Assembly: GCA_965232515.1 (NCBI GenBank) | Contig: CBDDPY010000002.1 | Span: 4,576,001 to 4,640,000, forward strand | From: Alphaproteobacteria bacterium | Lineage (GTDB): Bacteria; Pseudomonadota; Alphaproteobacteria; GCA-2731375 | DNA: 64,000 nt | Direction: 5' to 3' | Part shown: piece by piece, positions 11,684 through 23,708 of the stretch | How positions within the stretch are numbered: position 1 is the first letter of the stretch | Layout: the number at the start of each line of letters is the position of its first letter | Made by a program: the position numbers and the translations under genes | Notes under the pieces: model-generated | Database searches by the model: none | What the model was told of the DNA's origin: nothing | Seen by the model: the letters and a program-made list of their open reading frames with translations, nothing else

Positions 11684-12847
11684 ATGCTGACGCCGACGCC
11701 GGCCGTCGCGCGGCTGCGCTTGACCGACTTCCGCTGCTACGCCGGATTGCGGCTCGAGGTCGCGCCGGAGTCCGGCGTCGGCCCGGTGGTGCTCTACGGG
11801 CCGAACGGCGCCGGCAAGACCAACCTGCTGGAGGCGCTGTCGTTCCTGTCGCCGGGACGTGGCCTGCGCCGGGCGCGGCTGGCTGACGTCGGTCGCCAGG
11901 GTGCCGACGGTGGTTGGGCCGTATCGGCGCGGCTGCTGACGGCCGACGGCGAGACTGATGTGGGCACCGGCCTGGAACGACGCGAGGGCGCGAACGGCAG
12001 CCTTGTCGAGCGTCGCACCGTGCGCATCGATGGAACCAACGTTTCCGGACCGGCGGCATTGGCCGACGTACTGGGCGTGCAATGGCTGACGCCGCAGATG
12101 GACCGCCTGTTCCTCGAGGGCGCCGGCGCCCGACGGCGGTTCCTGGACCGGCTGGTGTTCGGCTTCGACCCGGAGCACATCCGCCGCACGGTCGCTTACG
12201 AAAAAGCGCTGCGCGAACGCGCGCGTCTGTTGAAGGCGGGCCGCGCCGACGCGGACTGGCTGACCGCGCTCGAGGCGCAGATGTCCGGCCACGCCATCGC
12301 CATCGCCGCGGCGCGGCGCGATGCCGTCGACCGGATCGAGCGGGCGCTGACGCATGGCATCGGCCCGTTCCCCCGGGCCACGATCCGAATCAGCGGCAGC
12401 GTCGAGGATGGCCTTGCCGATCGGCCGGCGGTCGATGTCGAGGCCGGTTTCGCCGAGGCGCTGCGGCAGGGGCGGCCGCGCGATGCCGAGACCGGCGGCG
12501 CCGGCGAGGGGCCGCATCGCAGCGATCTGCTGGTGCGGCATGCCGAGAAGGATATGGCGGCGGCGGACTGCTCGACGGGCGAGCAGAAGACCCTGCTGAT
12601 CGCGGTCCTGTTGGCGAATGCGCGGCTCGAGTCGGCCCGACGCGGGGCGCCGCCGATGTTGCTGCTCGACGAGGTCGCGGCGCATCTCGACGGCGACCGG
12701 CGGGCGGCGCTGTATGAGGAGATTCTGGCGCTCGGTGGTCAGGCCTGGCTGACCGGCACCGACCGATCGCTGTTCGAGGCGCTCTCCGGACGGGCGCGCT
12801 TTTTCGAGGTGCGGGACGCTGAGGTCAGCGACCGCGGTGTCGGTTGA
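11684..12847 (+). CDS. recF: DNA replication/repair protein RecF
   Basis: GPNGAGKTNLLEA, RRRFLDR, GPHRSDL, STGEQK, LLLDEVAAHLD. Confidence 0.96.
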   Translation: MLTPTPAVARLRLTDFRCYAGLRLEVAPESGVGPVVLYGPNGAGKTNLLEALSFLSPGRGLRRARLADVGRQGADGGWAVSARLLTADGETDVGTGLERREGANGSLVERRTVRIDGTNVSGPAALADVLGVQWLTPQMDRLFLEGAGARRRFLDRLVFGFDPEHIRRTVAYEKALRERARLLKAGRADADWLTALEAQMSGHAIAIAAARRDAVDRIERALTHGIGPFPRATIRISGSVEDGLADRPAVDVEAGFAEALRQGRPRDAETGGAGEGPHRSDLLVRHAEKDMAAADCSTGEQKTLLIAVLLANARLESARRGAPPMLLLDEVAAHLDGDRRAALYEEILALGGQAWLTGTDRSLFEALSGRARFFEVRDAEVSDRGVG

Positions 12848-12860
12848 TGCCGACGGTTGA

Positions 12861-15317
<2,457 letters not shown>

Positions 15318-15490
15318 CAGCGGATAATTTTCGCTGTTCGCAAATGTTCCAATTCGGCGCCAGGACCGCAAAGGACTTGCATGATTCGGTTAATCGTCTC
15401 ATTTCCAGCTTATGACACCTCGTCACCAAGATCCCGTCTCCGTCCATCGGGCTAGGGCGGCGTTCCCGTACGCGTAACCTCAGGCAGGGC

Positions 15491-17509
15491 ATGACCACGA
15501 AACGCGGAAATCAGAGACGGGGTCAAAAGAACACACATCGGCGGAAACCGGCGCGCGGCCGCTCGCCGCTGCGGTTCCTGCTCTACTGGACCAGCGTGCT
15601 CGCGGTCTGGGGCGTGATCGGCATCATGGGCGTGCTGGTCTGGTACGCTTACGACCTGCCCGACGTCGACAAGCTGCGCAAGCTCGACCGTCAGCCGTCG
15701 GTGACGCTGGTGGCGACGGACGGCACCACAATCGCCGCCTTCGGCGACCTCTACGGCGAGGCCTTGCCCTTGTCTGAGATGCCGCCGGTGCTGTTGGAGG
15801 CCGTGGTCGCCACCGAGGACAGGCGCTTCTACAACCACTACGGCGTCGATCCGTTCGGCCTGGCGCGCGCCACCGTCGCCAACGTGCGCGCCGGCCGGGT
15901 CGTGCAGGGCGGCAGCACCATCACCCAGCAGCTCGCCAAGAACGTCTTCCTGACCCAGGACCGGACGATCAAACGCAAGGCCCAGGAGGTCCTGCTGTCG
16001 TTCTGGCTGGAGCACAATTTCTCGAAGCAGCAGATCCTGCAGCTCTATCTGAACCGGGTCTATCTCGGCGCCGGCACCTACGGCGTCGAAGCCGCGTCGC
16101 GGCGCTATTTCGGCAAATCGGCGCGTGAGCTGACATTGGCCGAGGCGGCGATGATCGCCGGGCTGCTGAAGGCGCCGTCGCGCTACGCGCCGACGCGCGA
16201 TCTGACCGCCGCGCGCGACCGCGCCGCCGTGGTGCTCGCCAGCATGGTCGACGCCGGCTTTATCGACAAGGCCACCATGCAGGCGGCCCGGGCCAAGCCC
16301 GCCGGCCTCGACAGCCGCGCGCTACCGAGCCAGGGCGCACGCTATTTCGCCGACTGGCTGCTCGACCGGGTGCCGGACTTCCTCGGCCATGCCGACCGCG
16401 ACCTGATCGTCGTCACCACGCTCGATGCCGGCCTGCAGCGACAGGCCGAGCGTGCCGTCGAGGCGGCGTTGGCGCGCGACGGCGGCACGGTCGGCGCCGG
16501 TCAGGCGGCGCTGCTGGTGATGGACCATGACGGCGCCGTCCGCGCCATGGTCGGCGGCCGCAACTACCAGAAAAGCCAGTTCAACCGCGCCACCCAGGCG
16601 CGCCGGCAGCCCGGCTCGGCCTTCAAGCCCGTGGTCTATCTCGCCGGGCTGGAAGCCGGCCTCGATCCGGAATCGACGTTCGACGACATTCCCGTCACTG
16701 TCGACGGCTGGTCGCCGCGCAACTATTCCGGCAAGCATGAGGGCGCGGTCAGCATGCGTTACGCGCTGGCCCGCTCGATCAACACGGTTGCCGTGCGCGT
16801 GTCGGAATGGGCCGGCCGCGGCAACGTGATCAACGCGGCGTTCCGGCTCGGCATCACATCGGAAATTCCGGCGCATCCGTCGATCGCGCTCGGCACCGCC
16901 GAAGTCAGCCTGCTCGACCTGACGGCGGCCTACGGCACCTTCGCCAACGGCGGCCTCGGCACCCTGCCGCACGCCATTGTCGAGATCCGCGACCGCAGCG
17001 GCCGGGTGCTGTACCAGCGCAAGGGCGCCGGCGCCGGCCGGGTGATCTCGGCCCAACATGCCGGCCAGATGACCGATATGCTGCGCGCGGTGATGCACGG
17101 CGGCACCGGCAAGCTCGCCCGGCTCGAGCGGCCGTCCGCCGGCAAGACCGGCACCAGCCAGGATTTCCGCGATGCCTGGTTCGTCGGTTATACCGGCCAG
17201 ATGGTGGTCGGCGTCTGGGTCGGCAACGACGACGGCCGGCCGATGAAGCGTGTCACCGGCGGCGGCCTGCCGGCCAAGCTGTGGCGCGATTTCATGGTCG
17301 GCGCGCACAAGGACCTGCCGGCCGCGCCGCTGCTCGATGCGTCCCGGATCGCCGCCGCTGGCCGCGTCGACGGCAATTTCATCGAACGCCTGATTCGCAA
17401 GCTCTCGAGTGATGAGATCGCGCCCGCCGCCGGCGGCAACGTCAGGCCCGCGAACAGCGGTGGTGGCGGCGGCAGCGACAGCGGCTACGACCGCGACGGT
17501 GGCAGTTAG
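15491..17509 (+). CDS. Class A penicillin-binding protein (PBP1A family)
   Basis: N-terminal TM; EDRRFYNH, GGSTITQQL; transpeptidase SAFK, SIN, KTGT. Confidence 0.93.
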   Translation: MTTKRGNQRRGQKNTHRRKPARGRSPLRFLLYWTSVLAVWGVIGIMGVLVWYAYDLPDVDKLRKLDRQPSVTLVATDGTTIAAFGDLYGEALPLSEMPPVLLEAVVATEDRRFYNHYGVDPFGLARATVANVRAGRVVQGGSTITQQLAKNVFLTQDRTIKRKAQEVLLSFWLEHNFSKQQILQLYLNRVYLGAGTYGVEAASRRYFGKSARELTLAEAAMIAGLLKAPSRYAPTRDLTAARDRAAVVLASMVDAGFIDKATMQAARAKPAGLDSRALPSQGARYFADWLLDRVPDFLGHADRDLIVVTTLDAGLQRQAERAVEAALARDGGTVGAGQAALLVMDHDGAVRAMVGGRNYQKSQFNRATQARRQPGSAFKPVVYLAGLEAGLDPESTFDDIPVTVDGWSPRNYSGKHEGAVSMRYALARSINTVAVRVSEWAGRGNVINAAFRLGITSEIPAHPSIALGTAEVSLLDLTAAYGTFANGGLGTLPHAIVEIRDRSGRVLYQRKGAGAGRVISAQHAGQMTDMLRAVMHGGTGKLARLERPSAGKTGTSQDFRDAWFVGYTGQMVVGVWVGNDDGRPMKRVTGGGLPAKLWRDFMVGAHKDLPAAPLLDASRIAAAGRVDGNFIERLIRKLSSDEIAPAAGGNVRPANSGGGGGSDSGYDRDGGS

Positions 17510-17512
17510 GCC

Positions 17513-18214
17513 CTAACCGTAGCGGTGCAGGGCCGGGCCGTGCCGGCGCAGCCACCGTTCCGCGTCCGCGCGTCCGTCGCAAACCTCGTCGACCAGGCGC
17601 CAGAACCGTCGGCTATGGTTCATTTCCACCAGATGCGCGGCCTCGTGGACGACGACGTAGTCCAGCACCGGTTCGGGCGCCAGCAGCAGCCGCCAGGAAA
17701 ACGACAGCACGCCGGCATGCGAGCAGCTGCCCCAGCGGCTGCGCGTGTCGCGGATGCTGACGCGGGCGATGCGCCGGTCGAGCTGGCGCGCCGCCGCGTG
17801 GGCGCGCGGCACGATCAGCCGCCGGGCTTCGGCCTTGAGCCAGTCGCTCAGCCGTCGCGGCAGGTGCTCGGCCCGGCCGCTGACGTGAATCTCGCCCAAC
17901 TCGGCCCAGACGCCGGCACGGCAGTCGGGCCGGTGCACGATGCGATGCGGCACGTCCAGCAGCGGCAGCACCGCGCCGGTCGCGAACGGCACGCGCGCCG
18001 GCAGCGACGCCAGGTTGGCGCGAATCCAGTCGGCCTTCTCGGCGGCGAACCGCAGGCCCTCGGCCCGGGCGCGGTCGTTCGGCAGGGTCAGGACGATACT
18101 GCCGCTACCGTTGTCGACCCGCAGGCTGATGCGACGTGCCCGCCGGTTGATCCGCACGTCCAGGTCGACGGCTGCGCCGTCGATCAGCACCTGTTCGGAT
18201 GCTTGAAGGCTCAA
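17513..18214 (-). CDS. YgjP/DUF45-like (M48/SprT-type) zinc metallopeptidase
   Basis: RWGSCS, DYVVVHEAAHLVEMNHS. Confidence 0.88.
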   Translation of the reverse strand: MSLQASEQVLIDGAAVDLDVRINRRARRISLRVDNGSGSIVLTLPNDRARAEGLRFAAEKADWIRANLASLPARVPFATGAVLPLLDVPHRIVHRPDCRAGVWAELGEIHVSGRAEHLPRRLSDWLKAEARRLIVPRAHAAARQLDRRIARVSIRDTRSRWGSCSHAGVLSFSWRLLLAPEPVLDYVVVHEAAHLVEMNHSRRFWRLVDEVCDGRADAERWLRRHGPALHRYG

Positions 18215-19122
18215 GCCGCGGCGGCGGGCGCGAACTGCGCCGCGTCGATCTCCGCGAACAAGGCTTCGACCTTTTCGGCCGGCAGGTTAACCAGCGGCGG
18301 CCGCAACCGACGCCAGGCCGGGTCGTCGTGCATGCGCGCCAGCACTTCCTTCATGCAAGGAATCAGCGGATAGCCCTGCAGCATCAGCCGCAGCGCCGTC
18401 AGGTCTTCCTGCAGCTGGTCGGCCTCGGCGCTGTCGCGCCGGGCATAGACCTCGGCCGCCTTCGCCGCGGTAACGTTGGCCGTCGCCGAAATGCAGCCCG
18501 CCCCGCCGGCCCGCAGCACCGGCAGCAGATACTGCTCGGTGCCGGCGAATGTCCCGAAGCCGGGGATCGCCGCGCAGACCGCCTGCATGGCCGGCCAGTT
18601 GCCCGATGAATCCTTCACGCCCGCGATGGTGTCGGGATAGGCGTCGTGCAGCCGGACCAGGAAATCGACGCTCATCTCGACGCCGGTCATGGCCGGGAAG
18701 TCATAGACATAGATTTTCAGGTCGGCGTTGCCGACGCGCTGAATGACCTCGGAAAAGGCCGCGAACAGGCCGTCGTCGGAGACGCCCTTGTAGTAGAACG
18801 GCGGCAGCATCAGCACGCCCGCCGCGCCGGCCGTCAGCGCCGCCTCGGTCAGCTCGACCGTGTCCGGAATGGCGCAGCAGCCGGTGCCCACCAAAATGCG
18901 CTCCATGCCGAGGCCGGCGCCGGCCAGATGCTCGATCACGCCGAGCCGTTCCTTCAGCGAGAACGAGTTCGCCTCGCCCGTGGTGCCGAGCGCGGCCACG
19001 CCGTCGCAACCCTGCGTGAACAGCCACGTGTAGTGCGCTGTCAGCCGGTTCAGGTCGACCGTCAGATCTTCGTGCATGGGCGTCACGGCCGCCGCCCAGA
19101 CCCCGCGTAAGCCGCTGCTCAT
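18211..19122 (-). CDS. Dihydrodipicolinate synthase family aldolase (substrate unknown)
   Basis: GTTGE, PPFYYK, YDFP, KDSSG Schiff-base lysine. Confidence 0.88.
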   Translation of the reverse strand: MSSGLRGVWAAAVTPMHEDLTVDLNRLTAHYTWLFTQGCDGVAALGTTGEANSFSLKERLGVIEHLAGAGLGMERILVGTGCCAIPDTVELTEAALTAGAAGVLMLPPFYYKGVSDDGLFAAFSEVIQRVGNADLKIYVYDFPAMTGVEMSVDFLVRLHDAYPDTIAGVKDSSGNWPAMQAVCAAIPGFGTFAGTEQYLLPVLRAGGAGCISATANVTAAKAAEVYARRDSAEADQLQEDLTALRLMLQGYPLIPCMKEVLARMHDDPAWRRLRPPLVNLPAEKVEALFAEIDAAQFAPAAAA

Positions 19123-19188
19123 CGCCGTCTCCCGCGTCAAAGAATCGATATCCCTATCCTACGGCAAGCCGCCAGTCGGTGCGATATC

Positions 19189-19683
19189 TCAGGGCGTCCA
19201 GTCCACCAGATACTGGCTCAACGGGCCGTCGGCGTCGCGTTCCGAGATGATGCGGCCGCGCATGGAAATGCCGGCGGCATGCACGCTGTCGGGATCGCCC
19301 GAGACCAGCGGGTGCCACCAGGCCAGGTCCTTGCCCTCGGCCAGCAGCCGGTAGGCGCAGGTCGACGGCATCCAGCCCAGCGCGTCGATATTGTCCGGCG
19401 TCAGCACCACGCAGTCCGGCACCAGGCGCTTGCGGTCGGCATAGCGGGTGCAGCGACAGGCGCCCAGGTCCAGGAGCCGGCAGGCGACGTTGGTCTGATG
19501 GATCTCGCCGGTATCGGCGTCTTCCAGCTTGTGCAGGCAGCATTTGCCGCAGCCGTCGCACAGCGATTCCCATTCGTCCGATGTCATCTCCCAGAGGCGC
19601 TTGCGGCGCCAGAACGGCGCCCTGTCGGCATCGCGCTGGGAGTTCTGCGGCCCGTCAGAGGATGGCGCGGATCGCCTCGACAT
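19189..19683 (-). CDS. YcgN-family cysteine-cluster protein
   Basis: [30 protein letters not shown]; true start may be slightly downstream. Confidence 0.88.
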   Translation of the reverse strand: MSRRSAPSSDGPQNSQRDADRAPFWRRKRLWEMTSDEWESLCDGCGKCCLHKLEDADTGEIHQTNVACRLLDLGACRCTRYADRKRLVPDCVVLTPDNIDALGWMPSTCAYRLLAEGKDLAWWHPLVSGDPDSVHAAGISMRGRIISERDADGPLSQYLVDWTP

Positions 19684-20245
19684 AGCTTTCGGGCGGCGTG
19701 TTGGGGGCGAAATGCTTCATGTATTCGCCATTCCTGTCCATCAGGTAGACATACGCGCTGTGATCCATCAGGTATTCCGTGCTGCTCTCGTCCTCGACCT
19801 TGGCATAATAGACCCGATAGGTCTTGGCGGCGGCCGCGATTTGCTCGCTCGAGCCGGTGAGCGCCTGCAGCCGCGGATGGAAATGCTCGCGATAGGTCGC
19901 CATCAGCTCGACCGTGTCGCGCTCCGGGTCGACCGTGATGAAGATCGGCGTGATCGCCTCGGCGTCGTCGCCCAGCATGTCGAGCGCCACGCTCATCGCC
20001 TGCAGCTCGGTCGGGCAGACGTCCGGACAAAAGGTGAATCCGAAATAGACAAGCGTGTACTGGCCTTCGAAGTCGGCTTCGGTGACGGTGCGGCCGGTAT
20101 GGTCGACCAGCTCAAAGGGCCCGCCGATCGCCGCCTTGCCGCTGCCGCCGCCCGATCGCTCGCCGAACAGCAGCCCGACGCTGAGGCCGATGGCCAGCGC
20201 CACCGCGACGCCCGCCATGATCAGTGAAAACCGCCGTGCCGTCAT
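19655..20245 (-). CDS. SCO1/SenC copper chaperone
   Basis: [23 protein letters not shown]; N-terminal TM; start at ATG 20245. Confidence 0.93.
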   Translation of the reverse strand: MTARRFSLIMAGVAVALAIGLSVGLLFGERSGGGSGKAAIGGPFELVDHTGRTVTEADFEGQYTLVYFGFTFCPDVCPTELQAMSVALDMLGDDAEAITPIFITVDPERDTVELMATYREHFHPRLQALTGSSEQIAAAAKTYRVYYAKVEDESSTEYLMDHSAYVYLMDRNGEYMKHFAPNTPPESYVEAIRAIL

Positions 20246-20378
20246 GAATTCCCGCCTGCCGTCATGAACCTGTTTCGTCATATGCCTATATAATGGGCGC
20301 GAGGGCGAGGCCCAAGGCGATGACTTGTCGCACCGAGGATGCGGCGCGCATAGCCTTGCGACAGGTAGTGGTTTGACG

Positions 20379-20933
20379 ATGATCCGGTGTATCGCGCTTT
20401 TTCTCGTCGGCGCATGGCTGCTTTTGGCCGCGCCCGCGCACGCCCAGTTATTCGGTCCCGATCCGCTGATCGAGGCGGCGCAGCAGAACGATCTGCGCGG
20501 CGCCCGGGTGGCGCTGCTCAAAGGCTCCAGCATCAATGTGCGCGGCCGCGGCAATCAGACGGCGCTGATCGCCGCCGCGATCGTCGGTGGAACCGCCGTC
20601 ACCCGGTTCCTGATCGAGCAGGGCGCGCTGATCGATCTCGCCGACAAGGAAGGCAACACCGCGCTCCAGCACGCGGCGGCCGACGGCTATGCCGACATCG
20701 TCGATCTGCTGCTGGCTGCCGGCGCCGACGGCAATACACAGAACAAACAGGGCGAAACGCCGCTGATCCGGGCCGCCAAGCGCGGCCATGTCGCCGTGGT
20801 CCGCCGCCTGCTGGCGGCAAGCGTCGACGCCGAGGCCGCCGATTTCACCGGCCGCACCGCCCTCGACCTCGCCCGCGAATGGCGCCGCGCCAACGTCGTC
20901 CGCGCGCTACAAGGCGCTGGTGTGACGCGTTAA
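20379..20933 (+). CDS. Exported ankyrin-repeat protein
   Basis: Signal peptide ending AHA; repeated GxTALxxAA / GETPLIRAA units. Confidence 0.85.
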   Translation: MIRCIALFLVGAWLLLAAPAHAQLFGPDPLIEAAQQNDLRGARVALLKGSSINVRGRGNQTALIAAAIVGGTAVTRFLIEQGALIDLADKEGNTALQHAAADGYADIVDLLLAAGADGNTQNKQGETPLIRAAKRGHVAVVRRLLAASVDAEAADFTGRTALDLAREWRRANVVRALQGAGVTR

Positions 20934-20947
20934 CTTGTTGATTTTGC

Positions 20948-21640
20948 TTAAGTTCCGGCCGCTCTCGCCAGGATGTTGCGCAGGCCGTCGGTGCCGGGAT
21001 TGCTGACGTTGCGGCGGACGATGATGTCGGTCGCGGTCACCGGCTGGCCGTAATAGTTCTTGTTCCATTCGTCGCGGTTGGCGATCACGGCGCCCTCCAG
21101 CGCGGCGCCGGCGAACAGGCCCTTGGTGCGCGAGAACGCCAGGACATCGGCGCGCAGATTGGTCGTCGTGCCCGCGGCGACGCCCTGGCCCAGCGGACCG
21201 GCCGCGATCGACACGTCGGCGCCAAGCTTCAGATTGGTGCTCAGCACCGCGTTCAGCCCTTTTTCGTTCATCAACAACAGCACCACCTCGGCCGCCTCGG
21301 CGCCGATCTGGAAGCCGACGCTACCGGCGCCCATGGTGTAGAAGGCAGGCTGCGTCCAGTCGCCGGCCTTGCTGTCCCGGCCCAGCAGGACGCCGCTGCC
21401 GCCCGAACCGCCGATGATGAAGCCGGCCTTCAGCAGCTGCGGCACGACGAACACGCCCTTGGCCTTTTTCAGCTGTTCCCGGAACGGTCCCATCTGTTTG
21501 TCGTTGGCGAAGCTCTCCAGCGTGATCCGGGCCTTGTCGACCAGGCCCTGCTGCTCGTTGGCCTGGGCCGGCACGCTCGCGGCGACGGCCATGATGCCGG
21601 CCAGACCGGCCGCCATCGCGATTGTCTGCAGACGCGTCAT
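20948..21640 (-). CDS. Exported lipid-binding SYLF (Ysc84-like) domain protein
   Basis: Signal peptide; KAGFIIGGSGGSGV, SVGFQIG, KGLFAG; start at ATG 21640. Confidence 0.88.
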   Translation of the reverse strand: MTRLQTIAMAAGLAGIMAVAASVPAQANEQQGLVDKARITLESFANDKQMGPFREQLKKAKGVFVVPQLLKAGFIIGGSGGSGVLLGRDSKAGDWTQPAFYTMGAGSVGFQIGAEAAEVVLLLMNEKGLNAVLSTNLKLGADVSIAAGPLGQGVAAGTTTNLRADVLAFSRTKGLFAGAALEGAVIANRDEWNKNYYGQPVTATDIIVRRNVSNPGTDGLRNILARAAGT

Positions 21641-21729
21641 GATGTTTTTCTTCCTTCCATGCCGCATTGGCCGGCGGTTGCCGGTCGGGGTCGCCCCTGA
21701 ATGTAGGTGTTGAGGACTGCCGTCACAAC

Positions 21730-22347
21730 TTATGGTCCCGTGGCAAGATCGTGCGGCAGATTCACGCCGCCGACGCGCCAGTTGCCGGCGACGCCATCGT
21801 CGATCCGATCCAGCCGGGTCAGCGACAGCGGATCGATGACGAAGCCGAGCGCGCCCTCGGGTGCCAGCCCGAGCGCGTGGGCCAGCGCCGCGCGGATCGT
21901 CCCGGCATGCGCGACGGCGACGATGTCCGCGCCGGCATGCGCGGCCGTCAGGCGGCCGATGGCCTGCGTCACGCGCGCCACGACCTGCGCGAAGCTCTCG
22001 CCGTCCGGCGGCGCTGTCGTGGCGGGTGCGCGCCAGAAGCGCTTGGCAACGGGATCGTTCGCCAGATCGCCCCAACGGCGGCCCTGCCAGGCGCCGAAAT
22101 GCTGTTCCGCCAGATCCGGCTCGATCACTGCCGGTTCGCCGAGCAGCGCGGCCGCGGTTTGCCGGCTGCGCCGCAGGGGACTGGCGACAATCACCGCGTC
22201 CGCCGGCAGTCGTCCAGCCACCGCACGCATTTTGTCGCCGTCACCGCAGTCGGCATCGGGATCGGCTTGTCCGACAATCTCGCCCGTTGCGCCCACGATT
22301 TGCGCGTGCCGTACCCACCACCAGCGAGTGACCGATGTCTCGCTCAC
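21730..22347 (-). CDS. Histidine phosphatase family protein (CobC/PGM-like)
   Basis: WVRHA, SPLRRSRQTA, EQHFGAWQG, GES, VAHAGTIRA; GTG start overlaps the LytTR stop (GTGA). Confidence 0.85.
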   Translation of the reverse strand: MSETSVTRWWWVRHAQIVGATGEIVGQADPDADCGDGDKMRAVAGRLPADAVIVASPLRRSRQTAAALLGEPAVIEPDLAEQHFGAWQGRRWGDLANDPVAKRFWRAPATTAPPDGESFAQVVARVTQAIGRLTAAHAGADIVAVAHAGTIRAALAHALGLAPEGALGFVIDPLSLTRLDRIDDGVAGNWRVGGVNLPHDLATGP

Positions 22348-23141
22348 GTGCTGGACCCGGCAACCCGTTCCGGATCGAACCAGCCGGCCGCCTTCAGTTG
22401 TGGTTGAAAGCTGCGGCTGACCGGCACGCGCAGGCCGTTCACCAGCACCAGCACGATCTTGCGGCCGTCGCGCTCCACGTTCGCAACCGCCGCCCGCGCC
22501 ACCCAATAGCCGCGATGCACCTGCAGGCCGTCGGCGCCCTCCAGCTCGGCCAGCGCATCCCGCAGGCGATGCAGGATCAGGTCGTCGCCGACCGCCGTGT
22601 GCACGCGCAGGTAATGGTCTTCTGTCTCCAGACACAGCAGCTCGCGTCCCAGTGTCGCGGGAATCCGGCGCAGAAATGCCGGTTCGCTCTGCGTGTCGCC
22701 ATCGGGTGGCGTGTTCACCCCGTCCGGCCATCGCAGCCGGTACAACGCGAACAGCGGTACCGTGATGGCCAGGCTGAGGACGACCACATAGACGTAGATC
22801 TGCCCCCAGGGCGGCAGATAGCCGAGCGCATTGGGGCGGAACGTGGTTTCCAGCCAGATCACCTCGAAGGTCGCCGGCACGGCGGCCAGCAGGCAGGCGG
22901 CGACGGTCTGCAACGGCCAGGCGAGGTTCCGGTCCCCGCTCAGGCGCTCGACGGCCCAGAGCGCTGCCGTGATCTGCAGCCAGTTCACTACGATGATGCC
23001 CAACCAGTAGATCAGGCGCTCCGACAGCGTCAGATCCAGGTAGGTGCCGAACGGACCGATCATGGCCAGCACCGCGCCGATGCCGGCGGTCACCGCGCCT
23101 TGTCGCAATAATCTCAGATGCGTGCCTGTCATTTCGCGCAT
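22344..23141 (-). CDS. Membrane-anchored LytTR-family one-component regulator
   Basis: About 4 hydrophobic segments with GPFGT; C-terminal EDHYLRVHT, QVHRGYWVAR, VPVSR. Confidence 0.88.
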   Translation of the reverse strand: MREMTGTHLRLLRQGAVTAGIGAVLAMIGPFGTYLDLTLSERLIYWLGIIVVNWLQITAALWAVERLSGDRNLAWPLQTVAACLLAAVPATFEVIWLETTFRPNALGYLPPWGQIYVYVVVLSLAITVPLFALYRLRWPDGVNTPPDGDTQSEPAFLRRIPATLGRELLCLETEDHYLRVHTAVGDDLILHRLRDALAELEGADGLQVHRGYWVARAAVANVERDGRKIVLVLVNGLRVPVSRSFQPQLKAAGWFDPERVAGSST

Positions 23142-23272
23142 CGTGAACGGGAATCGGTCCCTTTTAACGAAGTATAGGGTGCGTCTCGCGAAGATGAATG
23201 GGGGTCGCCGTTCCTGATCGTAATTGCCGTCCTTAGCTTGCAGCCGACGGAACGACAGCAGGGGATCCGACC

Positions 23273-23698
23273 ATGTATCGATGCCTATCGCTTCTCATTG
23301 CCATCGGCGTCACCATATCCGCGCCGGCCGCGGCAGGCGATCTTGAAATCCGTATCGGCGGGGTCAGCAATGGCGACGGTCGGGTGATGGTCGCCGTGTT
23401 CGATGCCGCCGAACGCTTCATGGGCGACAACACCCAGACGGCGGCATTGATGCTCCCGGCGCAAAAAGGCGTCGTCCGGGCCGTGATCGGCGACCTGCCG
23501 CCCGGCACATATGCGATCTCGGTTTACCACGACGCCAACGGTAATCAGGAGCTCGACACCAACATGCTTGGGATGCCGCGCGAGGGCTACGGCTTCTCCA
23601 ACGATGCCCGCGGCATTGCCGGCCCGCCCAGCTTCCAGGCCGCTTCCTTCGAGATCGGCGCCGATCCGGCGGTGGTCGATTTGCGGTTGGCCTACTAA
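23273..23698 (+). CDS. DUF2141-family exported protein
   Basis: Signal peptide; GTYAISVYHDANGNQELDTN.LGMPREGYGFSN. Confidence 0.85.
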   Translation: MYRCLSLLIAIGVTISAPAAAGDLEIRIGGVSNGDGRVMVAVFDAAERFMGDNTQTAALMLPAQKGVVRAVIGDLPPGTYAISVYHDANGNQELDTNMLGMPREGYGFSNDARGIAGPPSFQAASFEIGADPAVVDLRLAY

Positions 23699-23708
23699 GG
23701 AGGCGACG

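Noticed and set aside
18211-19122. Calling this gene dapA
   Set aside because: Family motifs are present, but the YDFP and G.E segments differ from true DapA, so it was left as a family-level call.
23199-23240. TPP-riboswitch-like words (GGGG...CCTGATCGTAAT)
   Set aside because: No CTGAGA motif or closing AGGGA stem, and no thiamine genes downstream.
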